DNA of 64,000 nucleotides from a virus: IMG/VR virus record IMGVR_UViG_3300027848_000009, positions 1 to 64,000 of that record; one strand, 5' to 3'. Shown piece by piece: positions 63,964 to 64,000 of this stretch (position 1 is its first letter; each line of letters starts with the position of its first letter). The notes under the pieces were generated by a model. It saw only the letters and a program-made list of their open reading frames with translations, ran no database searches and was not told where the DNA came from. The position numbers and the translations under genes were made by a program.

Positions 63964-64000
63964 TTCTCGAATCAGAGTTATACGTTTTTCTGTATGCGGA

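Larger units (their letters stand above)
42600..64000. mobile_element. Phage B: partial genome of a second, larger, lower-GC phage
   Basis: Second, unrelated HK97-type major capsid gene, class II RNR, 2OG-Fe(II) oxygenases, visibly lower GC than phage A. Confidence 0.8.

Noticed and set aside
1-64000. Genome-wide TGA or TAG stop-codon reassignment
   Set aside because: Conserved genes are full length in code 11, and many end in TGA with ATGA/GTGA coupling; only isolated in-frame TGAs (12444, 45886) are seen.
1-64000. tRNA or rRNA genes
   Set aside because: No cloverleaf or T-loop-consistent sequence noticed by eye; tRNAscan-SE or ARAGORN would be needed to exclude them fully.

Overview
The window holds two different tailed-phage genomes of probable actinobacterial hosts. 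Phage A (~640-41,800, GC-rich) is an apparently complete ~41.1 kb siphovirus. Its modules are TerS-RHH-TerL-portal-MuF-protease, a mycobacteriophage cluster-B-like capsid hexamer/pentamer and tail, holin/amidase/SLT lysis genes, SSB-ERF-Gam recombination genes, a replication initiator and a ParB-TET/JBP-glycosyltransferase base-modification cassette. No integrase or DNA methyltransferase was recognised in it. It is bracketed by a ~0.8 kb imperfect direct repeat (640-1433 vs 41761-42483; ~400 bp identical core). Phage B (~42,600-64,000, visibly lower GC) is a fragment of a larger phage. It carries a macrodomain, a thioesterase, 2OG-Fe(II) oxygenases, a class II RNR, an HK97-type capsid protein, and large head-associated multidomain proteins (zeta-toxin kinase, ART-like, pseudokinase-like) punctuated by repeated short motifs. 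Main non-obvious signals: (i) a three-copy covarying two-hairpin RNA motif in phage A early operons; (ii) a repeated leaderless promoter with a 17-bp palindromic operator; (iii) a strand-asymmetric, hypermutated pseudogene zone centred at ~45,140; (iv) a possible protease-processed effector polyprotein locus in phage B; (v) an in-frame UGA micro-gene in the head module. All protein assignments come from motif recognition by eye, not database searches.
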